DNA of 64,000 nucleotides, taken from positions 147,188,001-147,252,000 of the forward strand of contig CM059429.1 in assembly GCA_030390025.1 (NCBI GenBank). The letters are read 5' to 3'. The notes beneath the pieces were generated by a model that had not been told where the DNA came from, did not search any database, and saw nothing but the letters and a program-made list of their open reading frames with translations. A program made the translations under genes and the position numbers. This document shows positions 62,730 through 64,000 of the stretch, one piece after another (position 1 is the first letter of the stretch; each line of letters begins with the position of its first letter). Source of the stretch: Squalus acanthias (Eukaryota).

Positions 62730-63135
62730 GGCCTATATTCCCTAGAATTTAGAAGAATGAGAGGTGATCTCACTGAAACATGAAATTCTTACAGGGCTTG
62801 ACAGGGTAGATGCTGGGAGGATGTTTCCCCTGGTTGGGGAGTCTAGAACTAGGGGTCACAGTCTCAGAATAAGGGGTTTAAGACTGGGATGAGGAGAAAT
62901 TTCTTCAAAGGGTTGGGAATCTTTGGAATTGTCTATCCCAGAGGGCTGTGAAGGCTCAGTCATTGAGTATATTCAAGACAGAGATCGATAGATTTTTGAA
63001 TATTAAGAGAATCAAGGGATATGGGGATAGTGCAGGAAGGTGGAGTTGAGGTAGAAGATCAGCCATGATCTTACTGAATGGCGGAGCAGGCTCGAGGGGC
63101 CAAATGGCCTACTCCTGCTCCTATTTCTTCTGTTG
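62730..63135 (+). mobile_element. CR1-type LINE 3' end
   Basis: Close similarity to 33340-33754, including the terminal stem-loop region gagcaggctcgaggggcc.aatggcctactcctgctc. Confidence 0.85.
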
Positions 63136-63329
63136 TTTCTGGATTAAGAACATAAGTAAATATTATTTATTCATTTTAACCATAAAAATTATTAAACAAA
63201 TTTGGGGTAAAGAGAATTGACCCTTAAAGTATTATGTTAAAAGTGTCAAATGATTATAATTTTTCTTCACCATAGGTGACCTATATGCAAAATCCATTAC
63301 ATCAGATTTAGAATCTAACCATTTTGATG

Positions 63330-63620
63330 AGACCTTAAACCAAGGCCCCATCTCCCTGTTCAGATGGATGCAAAAGATCCCATGGCGATATTCAAAGAAA
63401 AACAGATCTCTCCCAGTGGCATGGTCAATATTTATTCTCACCAACAGCACCAAAACAAATGAACCAGTCTTTAAACTAGTTTGCTGTTTACAGGAGCTTG
63501 TGCATAAATTAGCTGCCATATTTACCTGCAAAACAAAAGTGACTACACTTCAAAAGTAAGTTATTGTCTATCACGTGCTTTGGGATATCCTGAGGATGTG
63601 AAAGGGGCTAGCTCTTTCTT
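63330..63620 (+). mobile_element. Deu-domain SINE fragment
   Basis: aaagatcccatggc...tcaatatttattctcaccaacagcacc...gtgactacacttcaaaagta core. Confidence 0.7.
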
Positions 63621-63689
63621 TAAAACATACAACAGGACTGAAGTGTTGACCCGTCATTCTCAACTCTTAAAAGCTATCTTAACCTCTAT

Positions 63690-63920
63690 TCTAGTAAAAA
63701 GAGCACTGGTTTATTCAACTAAAGTAACTCACTCTGGTATCATCCTTGTAAATTTCTTCTGTACTCTCTCCTTGGCCTTTACATCTTTCCTAAAGTAGGA
63801 TGTTAAAAACTAGGCAATACACTAACTGTGGCCTAACCAACGATTTGTATAGGCTTAGCATTACCTCTTTGCTTTTATAGTCTAAGCCTCTATAAATCCT
63901 AGGATCGCATAGGCATTAAC
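63690..63920 (-). mobile_element. CR1-type LINE internal fragment
   Basis: Similar to 2580-2770 (aaatttcttctgtactctctcc..gcctttacatctttcctaaagt..gtggcctaacc). Confidence 0.65.
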
Positions 63921-64000
63921 AAAGCAGTTTTTTTTTTGTCCTCCTACTTGGTCCTAGTCTGATCCCAACTGGTTTGTAACAGGACAGCAAGTCCTCAGTG

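Overview
This is vertebrate genomic DNA, almost certainly from a shark or other cartilaginous fish, judged from its HE1/V-SINE, Deu-domain SINE, CR1, L2, RTE and Penelope repeats. It covers the conserved RPL24-ZBTB11-PCNP neighbourhood. The window holds the last two coding exons of RPL24 (+). It holds a complete 11-exon ZBTB11 (+): 3327 nt of spliced CDS, 1108 aa, with an N-terminal integrase-like HHCC domain, a BTB domain and 12 C2H2 fingers. It also holds the last two coding exons of the convergent PCNP (-). All splice sites and frames were checked by hand. A large share of the non-coding sequence is decayed, often nested retroelements, and most ORFs in the supplied track are LINE fragments or antisense shadows. 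The points most worth a second look are: two intact minimal hammerhead-ribozyme motifs in Penelope terminal repeats, one on each side of ZBTB11 and both pointing away from it; a coding 18-bp minisatellite giving (VEA)13 in the ZBTB11 C-terminus; an AT-hook motif in ZBTB11; an RTE LINE with a twin-priming-like 5' inversion; and several MITE or hairpin elements. I found no evidence for a wholly new multi-gene system. TE boundaries are approximate unless a TSD is given.
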